DNA of 64,000 bases from Candidatus Micrarchaeota archaeon (GTDB lineage: Archaea > Micrarchaeota > Micrarchaeia > Micrarchaeales > Micrarchaeaceae): the NCBI GenBank assembly GCA_021811435.1, contig JAJZOR010000003.1:20434-84433 (forward strand). The letters run 5' to 3'. Each line of letters opens with the position of its first letter. Within the stretch, counting starts at the first letter, position 1. The notes below the pieces were generated by a model. It was not told the origin of the DNA. It saw only the letters and a list, made by a program, of their open reading frames with translations, and did no database searches. Below are positions 36,603 through 46,426 of this stretch, piece by piece. Both the position numbers and the translations under genes were made by a program.

Positions 36603-38975
36603 TCATTGCCTTGTTATTGTTATGTTTTGCACCAAGACTAGCTGCTGGCTGCCATTGAAGCTGCGACTTACATTCTGGACGAAGAACAGCGAATTGCCAA
36701 TCGGGCCAGAAAGCAGCGTTACATTAACCACGTACGATTCCATCCCTTGGGCTACGGGTATTTTAGCTATTCTAGTCGGTACGCCTTCTGGGCTGAACGA
36801 GTCGATCGAGAGGCCGGCGTTTCCAAAATTTGTAGTGGCTTCCAGCCTTATGCGCGCGCTTACAGGAGACGGAATCTGCTGGGCATTGTAATTTCCGCCG
36901 GACTGGTTTGCGTACGGCGCCACTACGAATATCTCGCCGTATAAGGCGCTCGCATTTATGGCAGGCGTCCATGGGTACTGGACGGTGTTGTTAACCCGCA
37001 GCTGCATCTGGTGCCACTGGGTCAACATGGGATACGCGACAAAACTCCTATAAGGCCGATATAGGCCACTGGCCGGATTAAGTGTTGCATTTACCGTGGA
37101 AAACACGATTGTCTGGTTATCTGAATAAACGGGATTCCCAAACAGCCCCTGGAGGTAGCTTACTAATGCATATGCAGAAGACTGGCTGTACGCCTTAAGG
37201 TTGACTATGACGAAGGCCGTGTTGTATTCCCTTAAAGACAGTATAGACTCGTTTCCAGGATTTTGGTTAACCGGGGAGGGCAAGAATGCGATTGTGCTAT
37301 TTTGCTCGAGATAAGTTGCGAGTGGTACGATAGGTATGCGGTACAGCGATAATTCCTGTGTCACATTGAACCGCGTCGTATCGCCACCTATTATAGGCTT
37401 ATGGGAAGCAGTAGTATAGTATGTGGCTTGGGCTCCGAATAACCCTGGCTGGCTGGAATAGGGATCGGGCAATATCGGCAACTCCAGCACTGAGAAATTC
37501 CCTGCTATGCTGCTTAGTTGGTTATAAAAGCTCGGAATCGGGGCCGGGGTGGCGACTTGCCGGAGCAGTGAGCCGCTCAGCGCTATGCCGTTGTTCTCGA
37601 TTAGGAAAATCAGCGTGAATACTGCGGCAAGCATGATCACATTGCGCTTACCTTCTCCGCTTGCTTGGAACCTTGAAGCGAGATCATTAAACCCGAACGC
37701 CGCCAGCATCGCTATTGAAACGCTGAATATGAGTTGGAACCTTCCCGGCTCCCTTATGACGCTCAACGGACCTAGCGAATGATAAAGCACGTAAAGGATG
37801 GCTGCGGGCCCCATCGAAAGCAGACCGAATATCACAGCCAGGCCCAGCCACAGCGTGCCCCTAGTGTAGTCCCTGCGCTTGTAATCCGTGTATAGGCCGT
37901 ATAGGATCAATGCTATAGCGCTATAGCCTATGTAAGCCACTGTCTCGGTCGGGTCTGGGCCGAAAACCGAGGTGAAATAAGAGCTTGGGTTGGCATCGAA
38001 TAGGCCATTGTAGTAGCTTGGTATGAGGAAGGAGCCTATGTTCGCACTCCAGATGGAGCTGTAGGTAAGGTTATTCAGCTGATTAGCTTCCGAAAGCCCA
38101 TTTGGCTGCGTTATCACCCCTATAATAGGCAGGAAGCCCCATGAGCCCAGTATGAACGCCACGATTATGGAGAATACCAAGGCAGCCAAGAATCGCCTAT
38201 CCGAAACCTGCTTCCGCGTCTCCCTCATTATGGCGTATGCCACGAGTATGAGCGTTAGAGCAAGTACCAGTTCTATGCCCTGTTCGACATCGCCCATGAA
38301 TATGGCGAGGACGAAAGATGCTGACAGCCCTATAGCGCTGTAAAGCTTGCCGTTTTCGCGTACCATGCGCAAGAAAAAGTATATGGCCAGCGGGATCCAC
38401 TCTATGTTTATCCAGTCTATGTGGGCGTACGCCTGGGCTATGTGGAATGAACTGAAGGCAAAGACGAGGCCGGCCACGAACGCGGCCGTTTTGTTCTTTA
38501 CGATGTAGTCGCTGAGCATGAACATCGTAAGGCCGGACAGAGCGAAGCCTATGAGCAGCATGACGTTATAGGCAAATTGCAAGCTAACCGCCTGGAACGG
38601 CACAGAGATTAGCGATGCTATTGGCGCCATGGTCTGGTAGACCAGGCTTGAGCCTATTGGCCAATAAAGCAGATTAGTGTAGTAGAAACTCGTATGCAGC
38701 GTGAACGTCGCGTATCCGACCCACCATATGTCCCACAGGTTCTGGAACGTGTCCCCGCCGGAGCCCGGTGCTAGCGCCGTTATATTGCTCGTCACCGGGG
38801 CCAGCACCACTGCTGCGATTAGCGCATAAATGGCGAAAAGCGCTATGCCGAGCCTGAGATTGTGGTTCCAGAGCAGGCTTTGTAATCTATTTTTTGTTTT
38901 AGCTCCTTTATTTTGGGACGCATCATCGATCTTATCTGGTGCGCTTGATTGCCCTACTTGATCGAAAACCATCAA
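36603..38975 (-). CDS. large polytopic membrane protein, probable GT-C-type glycosyltransferase
   Basis: 790 aa with more than 10 TM helices and a large external C-terminal domain. The first loop carries GGDTFQNLWDIWWVGY. It has no WWDYG-type OST motif. Confidence 0.5.
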   Translation of the reverse strand: MMVFDQVGQSSAPDKIDDASQNKGAKTKNRLQSLLWNHNLRLGIALFAIYALIAAVVLAPVTSNITALAPGSGGDTFQNLWDIWWVGYATFTLHTSFYYTNLLYWPIGSSLVYQTMAPIASLISVPFQAVSLQFAYNVMLLIGFALSGLTMFMLSDYIVKNKTAAFVAGLVFAFSSFHIAQAYAHIDWINIEWIPLAIYFFLRMVRENGKLYSAIGLSASFVLAIFMGDVEQGIELVLALTLILVAYAIMRETRKQVSDRRFLAALVFSIIVAFILGSWGFLPIIGVITQPNGLSEANQLNNLTYSSIWSANIGSFLIPSYYNGLFDANPSSYFTSVFGPDPTETVAYIGYSAIALILYGLYTDYKRRDYTRGTLWLGLAVIFGLLSMGPAAILYVLYHSLGPLSVIREPGRFQLIFSVSIAMLAAFGFNDLASRFQASGEGKRNVIMLAAVFTLIFLIENNGIALSGSLLRQVATPAPIPSFYNQLSSIAGNFSVLELPILPDPYSSQPGLFGAQATYYTTASHKPIIGGDTTRFNVTQELSLYRIPIVPLATYLEQNSTIAFLPSPVNQNPGNESILSLREYNTAFVIVNLKAYSQSSAYALVSYLQGLFGNPVYSDNQTIVFSTVNATLNPASGLYRPYRSFVAYPMLTQWHQMQLRVNNTVQYPWTPAINASALYGEIFVVAPYANQSGGNYNAQQIPSPVSARIRLEATTNFGNAGLSIDSFSPEGVPTRIAKIPVAQGMESYVVNVTLLSGPIGNSLFFVQNVSRSFNGSQQLVLVQNITITRQ

Positions 38976-39147
38976 TAACGCACCGGCAAAAAGTGAATCG
39001 GGATTTCAATTACTATTTGGGACAAAGGATAAATAACAGTTACGCTTAGATTCAACTTGGTATCTATACCTATAAGCAGTAGACTGCATTTCTGCATAAC
39101 AGTTTTAAACTCTTACTGGCATATTATGTCCTGATGCCGGTGTATCA

Positions 39148-40128
39148 ATGATTATAGTACGAAGCCCATTGCGCATTTCTCTTGGAGGGGGCGGCACAGA
39201 CCTGCCATCTTACTACTCAAACTACGAGGGCTTTTTGGTCGCGGCTGCTATAGACAAATACGTGTATATAACTGTGCATAAGGCATTCGAGAAAGAGATC
39301 ATACTCAAATACTCAAACATGGAGCATGTGCAATCAATCGAAGAAGTGCAGCACCCAATAATCAGGGAGGCGCTAAGACTGGTAAACATAGAGAATCCGC
39401 ACCTTGAGATAACAAGCTTGGCCGATGTACCGTCAGGCACAGGACTGGGCTCCTCTGGCAGCTTCACATGCGCGCTGTTAAAGGCGCTGCATACTTACAA
39501 GAAGGAAATCGTGCTCAACAAGGATATAGCGGAGGAGGCATGTCACATAGAGATTGATGTCCTAAAGGAACCGATAGGCAAGCAGGATCAATATATATCC
39601 GCATTCGGCGGCATAAATGCCTTAAAATTCCACAAAAACGGCAGGGTTGAGGCAGCGCCGCTAAAGCTATCAGACGAGACTCTGTACAGCCTTGAGGATA
39701 ACCTGCTACTGTTCTTTACGGGCTTCTCCAGATCCGCATCTGAGGTCCTTAAGGAGCAGGATACCAAAAGCCGGGAGAATGACAAATCGATGATCGAGAA
39801 CCTACATTTCATCAAGGATCTGGGTCTAAAGAGCAAGAACGCCCTTGAAACGGGTGACCTTGATAAGTTTGCAGAGCTGATGAACATACATTGGGAGTAC
39901 AAGAAGCAGCGCTCTAGCCTGATGAGCAATGTCAGGATAAACGCGCTGTACGACATAGCTATGAAAAACGGCGCTCTGGGGGGTAAGCTGATAGGTGCCG
40001 GCGGGGGAGGATTCCTTATGTTCTACACGAACGAGAATGTGAGGCTGCGGCGCGCCATGGGGCGCGAAGGGCTAAGGGAGATACCGTTCAACTTCGACTT
40101 TGAGGGCACAAAGGTGATGGCGCAGTGA
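39148..40128 (+). CDS. hddA: GHMP sugar kinase, D-glycero-D-manno-heptose-7-phosphate kinase-like
   Basis: PLRISLGGGGTDL, GLGSSGS, GKQDQY, GAGGGGF. Confidence 0.75.
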   Translation: MIIVRSPLRISLGGGGTDLPSYYSNYEGFLVAAAIDKYVYITVHKAFEKEIILKYSNMEHVQSIEEVQHPIIREALRLVNIENPHLEITSLADVPSGTGLGSSGSFTCALLKALHTYKKEIVLNKDIAEEACHIEIDVLKEPIGKQDQYISAFGGINALKFHKNGRVEAAPLKLSDETLYSLEDNLLLFFTGFSRSASEVLKEQDTKSRENDKSMIENLHFIKDLGLKSKNALETGDLDKFAELMNIHWEYKKQRSSLMSNVRINALYDIAMKNGALGGKLIGAGGGGFLMFYTNENVRLRRAMGREGLREIPFNFDFEGTKVMAQ

Positions 40129-40835
40129 ATATGCCACCAGTCGCAATAGTTGCGGGTGGCCTGGCGACCAGATTGCACCCGACTACGCTCAAGATTCCTA
40201 AGTCCATGATTGAGGTGGCAGGCAAACCTTTTATATACCACCAGCTGTCCCTACTTAAACGCAGGGGCGCATCAGATGTGCTTCTCTGCATCGGTAACCT
40301 AGGATCCGAGATACAGGATTATGTAGGGGATGGCAAAGCATGGGGGCTAAGGGTCCGGTACTCCTACGACGGCGAAAAGCTGCTTGGAACCGGAGGCGCG
40401 ATAAAGAAGGCCCTGGATAAGCTTCCGGATGCGTTTTTCGTGCTGTATGGCGATTCCTATTTGGACGTAGATATGGAGCCCATATTGGAGCGGTTTATCG
40501 GCTCAGGAAAACAGGCAATCATGACCATTTACCACAACAGGAACAAGCTGGATAAGAGCAACGTTGTATTCAAGGATGGCAAGATACTTAGATACGGCAA
40601 GGTTCAGATCCCTGAGATGGAATACATTGACTACGGCCTTAGCATCTTGAGCAAGCGCGTATTCGACGCATGGCCGGCGGACACCGCGTTTGACTTGGCC
40701 GACGTGTATGGGAGGCTGGTAAACACAGGGGAGATGGCAGCGTTTGAAGTGAGCCGGCGATTCTACGAGATTGGCTCAAAGAGCGGCATAAACGAGCTGG
40801 AGAGGCATATGGCCTCGGTCGGTATGGAATGCTGA
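40125..40835 (+). CDS. hddC: sugar-1-phosphate nucleotidyltransferase, heptose-1-phosphate guanylyltransferase-like
   Basis: VAGGLATRL....PK.M, GTGGA, YGDSY. Overlaps hddA by 4 nt. Confidence 0.7.
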   Translation: MNMPPVAIVAGGLATRLHPTTLKIPKSMIEVAGKPFIYHQLSLLKRRGASDVLLCIGNLGSEIQDYVGDGKAWGLRVRYSYDGEKLLGTGGAIKKALDKLPDAFFVLYGDSYLDVDMEPILERFIGSGKQAIMTIYHNRNKLDKSNVVFKDGKILRYGKVQIPEMEYIDYGLSILSKRVFDAWPADTAFDLADVYGRLVNTGEMAAFEVSRRFYEIGSKSGINELERHMASVGMEC

Positions 40836-40949
40836 CTAACTCCTGCGCCCAAACCTGCATTTTGATGTTATCGTGCTCCTTTCTACGCCTAAGTTAAGAT
40901 TTTAAACCCTCACTGAGAAGGTTTATGCAAGCGCAAATGCAGTGATGAT

Positions 40950-41555
40950 ATGGGGGACGAGGCGTATATACAGGGTTATCTTGAGGACTGTGCCGAGATC
41001 GCTAATAAGCTCGATAGGGCACAGATATTGAAGATGTCAAAGATGCTGATAGACATAAGGTCAAGGCAGGGGAGGCTCTTCATATTGGGAGTCGGGGGCG
41101 GAGCGGGCCATGCCTCGCATGCAGTGAACGACTTCAGGAAGATAGCAGGCATCGAGGCGTATACACCTACAGATAACGTCTCCGAGCTAACCGCCAGGGT
41201 AAACGATGACGGGTGGGAGACAGTGTTTGTGAATTGGCTCAGAGGCAGCAGGCTTAACAGGAAGGACGGTGTGCTAGTATTCTCCGTAGGGGGGGGCAAC
41301 GAGGAGAAGAAGATCAGCGTTAATCTTGTTATGGCGCTAAGATACGCTAAGGATGTGGGTGCAAGCATAATGGGCGTTGTTGGAAGGGATGGCGGCTACA
41401 CTGCAAAAGTTGCGGATGCATGCGTTATAGTGCCTACGGTTAACGCAGAAACCGTTACGCCACACACAGAAGGCTTCCAGGCCGTGATCTGGCATCTGTT
41501 GGTCTCCAGCCCAGAAATGAAAAAATTCGAGATGAAATGGGAGAGCACGAAGTGA
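40950..41555 (+). CDS. gmhA: SIS-domain sugar-phosphate isomerase (GmhA-like)
   Basis: LFILGVGGGAGHASHAVNDF and VFSVGGGN. It is diverged from the 34445-35002 copy. Confidence 0.65.
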   Translation: MGDEAYIQGYLEDCAEIANKLDRAQILKMSKMLIDIRSRQGRLFILGVGGGAGHASHAVNDFRKIAGIEAYTPTDNVSELTARVNDDGWETVFVNWLRGSRLNRKDGVLVFSVGGGNEEKKISVNLVMALRYAKDVGASIMGVVGRDGGYTAKVADACVIVPTVNAETVTPHTEGFQAVIWHLLVSSPEMKKFEMKWESTK

Positions 41556-42154
41556 GCGCGAAGCAGGCAAGAAAAGCCGTTTTCCTAGACAGGGACGGCG
41601 TGCTTGACGCTTTAGTGCTAAATAAGGCCACAAACGAGTATGAGGCGCCGCATAGCGTTGGAGAACTGAAACTACTGCCCATGGTTATACCAGGGCTTAA
41701 AAGACTGCAGGCAGCAGGATACGAACTCTTCCTTGTCTCTAACCAGCCGGATTACGCCAAAGGAAAATCAACGCTAGCGGAACTGAAGCTGGTGCACAGC
41801 AGATTTGACAGGCTAATGAAGGACCATGGGGTGCATTTTAGGCAGTATTATTATTGCTTCCACCATCCGCAGGGCGTGGTACCGCGTTATTCCTATGAGT
41901 GCGAATGCAGGAAACCTAAGCCGTTCTTCCTGATTAAGGCAGGGGAAGCATACGGATTGAACCTGGCGGCTTCGTGGATGGTTGGCGACACAGACAAGGA
42001 CGTGGGATGCGGCAAGGATGCTGGAGTAAATACCATACTTGTGGGGTATAAGCTGTCAGTGAAACAGAGGGTGGACAGCGTACCGGATTACAGGGCAAAG
42101 AACTTAAATGAAGCAGTTGATATAATAATAAAGCATTCGAAAACTGGTGGATAG
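41537..42154 (+). CDS. gmhB: D,D-heptose 1,7-bisphosphate phosphatase-like HAD hydrolase
   Basis: FLDRDGV, SNQPDYAKG, C.HHP...C.CRKP, GDTDKD. Confidence 0.75.
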   Translation: MGEHEVSAKQARKAVFLDRDGVLDALVLNKATNEYEAPHSVGELKLLPMVIPGLKRLQAAGYELFLVSNQPDYAKGKSTLAELKLVHSRFDRLMKDHGVHFRQYYYCFHHPQGVVPRYSYECECRKPKPFFLIKAGEAYGLNLAASWMVGDTDKDVGCGKDAGVNTILVGYKLSVKQRVDSVPDYRAKNLNEAVDIIIKHSKTGG

Positions 42155-42871
42155 ATGGATGGGAACAGGAAATTCAGGATAAAGCTTTTCGCAGACGGCG
42201 CCGACATCAACGACATGATGGCGGTCTATAAGCAAGGCCTAGTTAGCGGGTTCACTACAAACCCAAGCCTCATGAGGAAAGCTGGGGTCAGGGACTACGA
42301 GCGCTTCGCTAAGGAGGTGCTTAAAGACATACGGGATATGCCGATATCGTTTGAGGTATTCGCTGACGATTTTGCGGACATGGAGAGGGAGGCCAGGAAG
42401 ATAGCGAGCTGGGGCAACAATGTATACGTTAAGATACCGGTGACCAATACGAGGGGCGAGAGCGCAGTGGAACTGATAAAAAAGCTGTCATGGGACGGGC
42501 TAAAATTGAATGTCACTGCCATATTGAATGCGGAACAGGTACAAGCAGTATCAGAGGCCCTGGCGCCTTCAGTCCCCAGCATAGTGTCTGTGTTCGCGGG
42601 GCGCATAGCGGATACTGGCAGGGATCCCATACCCATAATGAAGGAATCGCTAGGTATATTGAAGCATAATCCTAAAGCAGAACTGCTCTGGGCGAGTTCA
42701 AGGGAACTCTTCAATGTAGTACAGGCAGAAATGTCTGGTTGCCATATAATAACTGTAACCAATGAGATACTCAAAAAAATACCTATGGTGGGCAAGGACC
42801 TGAAGGAACTGTCGCTTGACACTGTGAAGATGTTCCATTCCGATGCTGCGGCAGCCGGATATAGTATCTGA
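42155..42871 (+). CDS. tal: transaldolase / fructose-6-phosphate aldolase family (short type)
   Basis: LFADGAD...GFTTNPSL and VKIP.T. Starts on the base after the gmhB stop. Confidence 0.8.
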   Translation: MDGNRKFRIKLFADGADINDMMAVYKQGLVSGFTTNPSLMRKAGVRDYERFAKEVLKDIRDMPISFEVFADDFADMEREARKIASWGNNVYVKIPVTNTRGESAVELIKKLSWDGLKLNVTAILNAEQVQAVSEALAPSVPSIVSVFAGRIADTGRDPIPIMKESLGILKHNPKAELLWASSRELFNVVQAEMSGCHIITVTNEILKKIPMVGKDLKELSLDTVKMFHSDAAAAGYSI

Positions 42872-42967
42872 ACCTTCAGAGCGGCTGCGCTCGCAGGATA
42901 ACCCCTATGCGGATGTAATTTTATTGACCCTGATAGTTGGAGGGGGCTTTTAATCTTAGCGCATCGA

Positions 42968-43813
42968 TTACGCGATACGGTAATTCAGGCCTATTAGCAA
43001 TGATACTATGCCTGCCGCTTCAACGAACATGACGTTGTTTGACATGCCGCCGCCAAATACGGCTATGGCCAAGCCCGTTATCACAAGTGCTATGCCAAGC
43101 AGCCCGAAAGTCATGAAAGAGACGTAGTAGTTGGAGCATACCAAAAGGCGCCTGGCCATCTTGAAGCCAAAAAGGAATTTTGACTTGGCCACTTTGGACT
43201 TTCCATAGCTCCTCTTGTAGTAGTTTATGGGCACCTCTGCGACCCTGTATCCCCTCTTGGCAAGTTCGATCTGGAAGAACATATGCTGCATCTTGAAAGG
43301 CGGATGGACATCCTTTACTGCATCGTATGCCTTCCTGTCCACTACGAATAATCCAGTAAGCACATCATGCACATGCTGTTTAAAAAATATGTTGTACATG
43401 GCGGTAAGCATCCAATTGCCTATGAACAGGTGGGAATCCATGGATCCCTCTTGCAGGCTAGCCATCCTATTACCTAGCACCAAATCCGCCTTACCGCCCT
43501 TTATGGCGTTTAGGCCAAGAGCTAACCCTTCCGGGTCGTGGGTACCGTCCGCGTCTATCGTGGATAGGGTGACGCCATTTGCCTGAGAGAACGCTTCAAG
43601 TATGCCGTTCTCAATCCCGTGGGATTTCTGCCTTATCGCCCGGACTCCGGTCGCCTTAAGTTTATTGTAGTATTCGTCGCCGCTTTCGTCTATCACGATT
43701 ATCTCGGCCCTAGAGCCGAATTTTCCCTTGAGCTTCTCTATAAGCGAGAACGCCCCCTCTTCCTCCTTTGTAGGCAGGACTATGCTTATTTCGGGCTTTT
43801 TTGTGTTTTTCAT
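42968..43813 (-). CDS. GT2 dolichyl-phosphate hexose synthase-like (Dpm1-like) with C-terminal TM helices
   Basis: ISIVLPTKEE, IVIDESGD, DADGTHDP. Confidence 0.75.
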   Translation of the reverse strand: MKNTKKPEISIVLPTKEEEGAFSLIEKLKGKFGSRAEIIVIDESGDEYYNKLKATGVRAIRQKSHGIENGILEAFSQANGVTLSTIDADGTHDPEGLALGLNAIKGGKADLVLGNRMASLQEGSMDSHLFIGNWMLTAMYNIFFKQHVHDVLTGLFVVDRKAYDAVKDVHPPFKMQHMFFQIELAKRGYRVAEVPINYYKRSYGKSKVAKSKFLFGFKMARRLLVCSNYYVSFMTFGLLGIALVITGLAIAVFGGGMSNNVMFVEAAGIVSLLIGLNYRIA

Positions 43814-44757
43814 AGCTTCATCAGTCTCTTTGCCTTATCTAATATGCTGGCCTCTGAGATACCGTACTTTACCATCAGCTCAGCATCCTGACCGGATTCG
43901 CCAAATACGTCGTTGACTGCCACCATGTCCATTATGGTTGGACGGCGCGTTGAAAGCACTTCGGCGACAGCGGAACCAAGACCGCCCATGATGTTGTGAT
44001 CCTCAGCGGTTATTATCCTGCCCGTGTCTTTGGCCGCGCTTATTATGGTACCAGCATCAATTGGCTTTATTGTGTGGCAGTCTATCACCCTTGCGCTTAT
44101 GCCGTCTTTCTGCAACCTTTCGGCGGCTTTTAATGACTCTTGAACCATTATGCCGCAAGCTATTATGGCCAAATCATTGCCGTCCCTGAGCACGTTTGCC
44201 TTGCCCACCTTAATGCCCTCATTCGCGTATATGTTAGTCAGGTTGGGCCTTGGAAGCCTTATGTAAAATGGACCCTTGGTATTTACCGCTTCCCTGACGA
44301 TTGCCCTTGTTGCGTACGCATCGGACGGCACAACAACCCTCATGTTGGGCAATGCGCGCATGATCGCTATGTCCTCAATGTCCTGATGGCTTCCACCATC
44401 AGGGCCGACGGATATTCCCGTATGCGTGCCTACTATCTTAACGTCGAGATTGCAGTAAGCTATGGTATTGCGTATCTGGTCTATTGCTCGCTCTATGAAT
44501 ACCATGTAAGTTCCGCATACGACGGTCTTGCCGTACAATGCCAGCCCGGCAGAGATGCCTATCATGTTCTGCTCAGCTATCCCTACGTTGAAGAACCTGT
44601 CGGGAAACTTGTCGCCGAAAAGGCTGGTGCGTATAGACTCTGTGGTATCGGCGCCGACAACTACTAGGTTAGGCACATTTGAGCCAAGCTCCTCGAGTGC
44701 CTGGCCGAACGCTTCCCTTAGTGATTCTGATTTCTGTTCCATTTTAAGCACCGCCAT
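43810..44757 (-). CDS. transketolase, C-terminal (pyrimidine-binding) subunit
   Basis: FNVGIAEQNM, GPDGGSHQ..EDIA. Split-gene arrangement. Confidence 0.9.
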   Translation of the reverse strand: MAVLKMEQKSESLREAFGQALEELGSNVPNLVVVGADTTESIRTSLFGDKFPDRFFNVGIAEQNMIGISAGLALYGKTVVCGTYMVFIERAIDQIRNTIAYCNLDVKIVGTHTGISVGPDGGSHQDIEDIAIMRALPNMRVVVPSDAYATRAIVREAVNTKGPFYIRLPRPNLTNIYANEGIKVGKANVLRDGNDLAIIACGIMVQESLKAAERLQKDGISARVIDCHTIKPIDAGTIISAAKDTGRIITAEDHNIMGGLGSAVAEVLSTRRPTIMDMVAVNDVFGESGQDAELMVKYGISEASILDKAKRLMKL

Positions 44758-45619
44758 TTGCGCTGCCTTTTACCGAAGCTATCGCTTTTTCAAGCAGCTC
44801 TTTGGTGAGGACTTTGCTGTGGTATTCGACTTTCTCCTCCATGAAATCCACGCCCTTGCCCTTTTTCGTTTTTGCTACTATGACGGTAGGCAGCCCTTTG
44901 GCCTTCTCGGCCTCCCCCAACGCCCTTAGCATGTCGGATATGTCGTTGCCATCAGCCTCCATCACGTTCCAATTGAACGCCCTGAACTTGGCAGCCACAG
45001 GATCCGTAGGCATTATCTGTGACGTGGTGCCTTCCTGCTGCAGCCCATTTTTGTCAACTATCGCTACGAGGTTATCTAGCCTGAACTTCACTGCAGCCAT
45101 CGCAGCCTCCCACACCTCGCCTTCGTCTAGTTCGCCGTCCCCAGTAATGACGTATACCTTAATAGGCTTATTGTCAATCCTCGCGGCAAGGGCCATGCCT
45201 ATGCCTTCAGAAAGGCCTATGCCTTCAGGGCCGCCAGGTATCTCAACGCCAGGTACTTTGTTAGGATCTGGATGTCCCTGCAGCCGGCTGTTTATTTTTC
45301 TAAGCGTCAACAACTCCTCTTTAGGGAAGTAACCGCATTGGGAGAGGACAGAATAAAGGGCCGGAGCCGCATGTCCTTTTGAAAGCAGCAATCTGTCCCT
45401 TTCAGGCCACTTTGGACTCTTCGGATCATGGCGCATCTTGCCAAAATAAATCGACACGAGTATGTCCGTGCAGCTAAGCGAACCTCCCGGATGGCCCGAT
45501 TTTGCTTCGCTGAGCATAGTTAGTATGTTTTCCCTTATGTCTGCAGCTATGGTCTTTAGTTCTTCTACGTTCACATGCCTATTTGGATCCCTGAAATCTA
45601 TTTCCACCACTTGAATCAC
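44744..45619 (-). CDS. transketolase, N-terminal (TPP-binding) subunit
   Basis: GHPGGSLS, LSKGHA, GDGELDEGEVWEA. Confidence 0.9.
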   Translation of the reverse strand: MIQVVEIDFRDPNRHVNVEELKTIAADIRENILTMLSEAKSGHPGGSLSCTDILVSIYFGKMRHDPKSPKWPERDRLLLSKGHAAPALYSVLSQCGYFPKEELLTLRKINSRLQGHPDPNKVPGVEIPGGPEGIGLSEGIGMALAARIDNKPIKVYVITGDGELDEGEVWEAAMAAVKFRLDNLVAIVDKNGLQQEGTTSQIMPTDPVAAKFRAFNWNVMEADGNDISDMLRALGEAEKAKGLPTVIVAKTKKGKGVDFMEEKVEYHSKVLTKELLEKAIASVKGSANGGA

Positions 45620-45620
45620 C

Positions 45621-46310
45621 TTATTTTGCGCCCGTTATGCGCATCTTTAATGTGTAAAATGCTATTTTAATACCTAGCAGCGGCTTTGACTTAGTTACCT
45701 GAGGCTTTGAGCCTTGCCGCTCAGTATAAGTTATTGGGATTTCCTTTATTCTCTGGCCGTGCAGCGCCAGCGCAGCTTCGAAGAATAGCGTGCCGGCCCT
45801 GTTGCTGCCAGGCTTTACGCTTCTGATCGAATCGAAAGCGGACCTTCGCATCACGAACGAACCGCTCAGCGCATCGTGCATCCTCTGCTTATAGAGCGTG
45901 TTAAAAAGAAACGTCAGGAATTTGTTACCGAACCTCAGATACGAGCCGATTGCATCCTTGTTGCTGGATCTGTCACCACTGATGAAGTCAGCATCCCCGA
46001 TTTCTAGGGTTTCGACTACCTTTTTGAAATCATCAACGCTATAAGTGCCATCAGGGTCTATTGTGGATATTATATCGCCGTGGGCAGCAAGGAAGCCCTC
46101 CATCAAGGCTGCGGTATACCCTTTGGATTTCTGCTCTATTATTTTCGCTCCCGTGGCATATAGAGGTTCGCGCAGTTTTGGCTCGCTCTTGTCTACAATT
46201 ATTATTTCGATGTCTTTCCCGAGTTTGGAATAAAGCTCGTTTATCACGCGTGGAGCGGTCGCTTCATTTTTAGTCGGAACTATTATACTCAGTCCTGGCA
46301 TACAGCTCAC
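45621..46310 (-). CDS. GT2 dolichyl-phosphate hexose synthase-like glycosyltransferase
   Basis: LSIIVPTKNE, IIIVDKS, DPDGTYS. Confidence 0.75.
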   Translation of the reverse strand: MSCMPGLSIIVPTKNEATAPRVINELYSKLGKDIEIIIVDKSEPKLREPLYATGAKIIEQKSKGYTAALMEGFLAAHGDIISTIDPDGTYSVDDFKKVVETLEIGDADFISGDRSSNKDAIGSYLRFGNKFLTFLFNTLYKQRMHDALSGSFVMRRSAFDSIRSVKPGSNRAGTLFFEAALALHGQRIKEIPITYTERQGSKPQVTKSKPLLGIKIAFYTLKMRITGAK

Positions 46311-46426
46311 GACAATATTTAGGGTAAAGGGTATTATAGATTACCATAGAAGCGGCAGTTATATTTTAAAGCAGATGGAGTACTCCAATTTAAATCGCTG
46401 TGCTTAATATAGGATAGGTAAATCTA

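Noticed and set aside
36603-38975. Candidate AglB/STT3 oligosaccharyltransferase
   Set aside because: The only WW-containing motif (DIWWVGY) sits in the first loop, not after the TM domain, and is not WWDYG-like. I kept the generic GT-C-like call.
42295-45332. Several 119-176-aa antisense ORFs over the transaldolase, GT2 and transketolase genes (42295-42822, 43227-43586, 44140-44667, 44802-45332). Similar cases occur at 3212-3784, 8611-9234, 47310-47864 and 50116-50943
   Set aside because: All lie opposite genes with strong family motifs, and their composition is typical of reverse-strand shadows.
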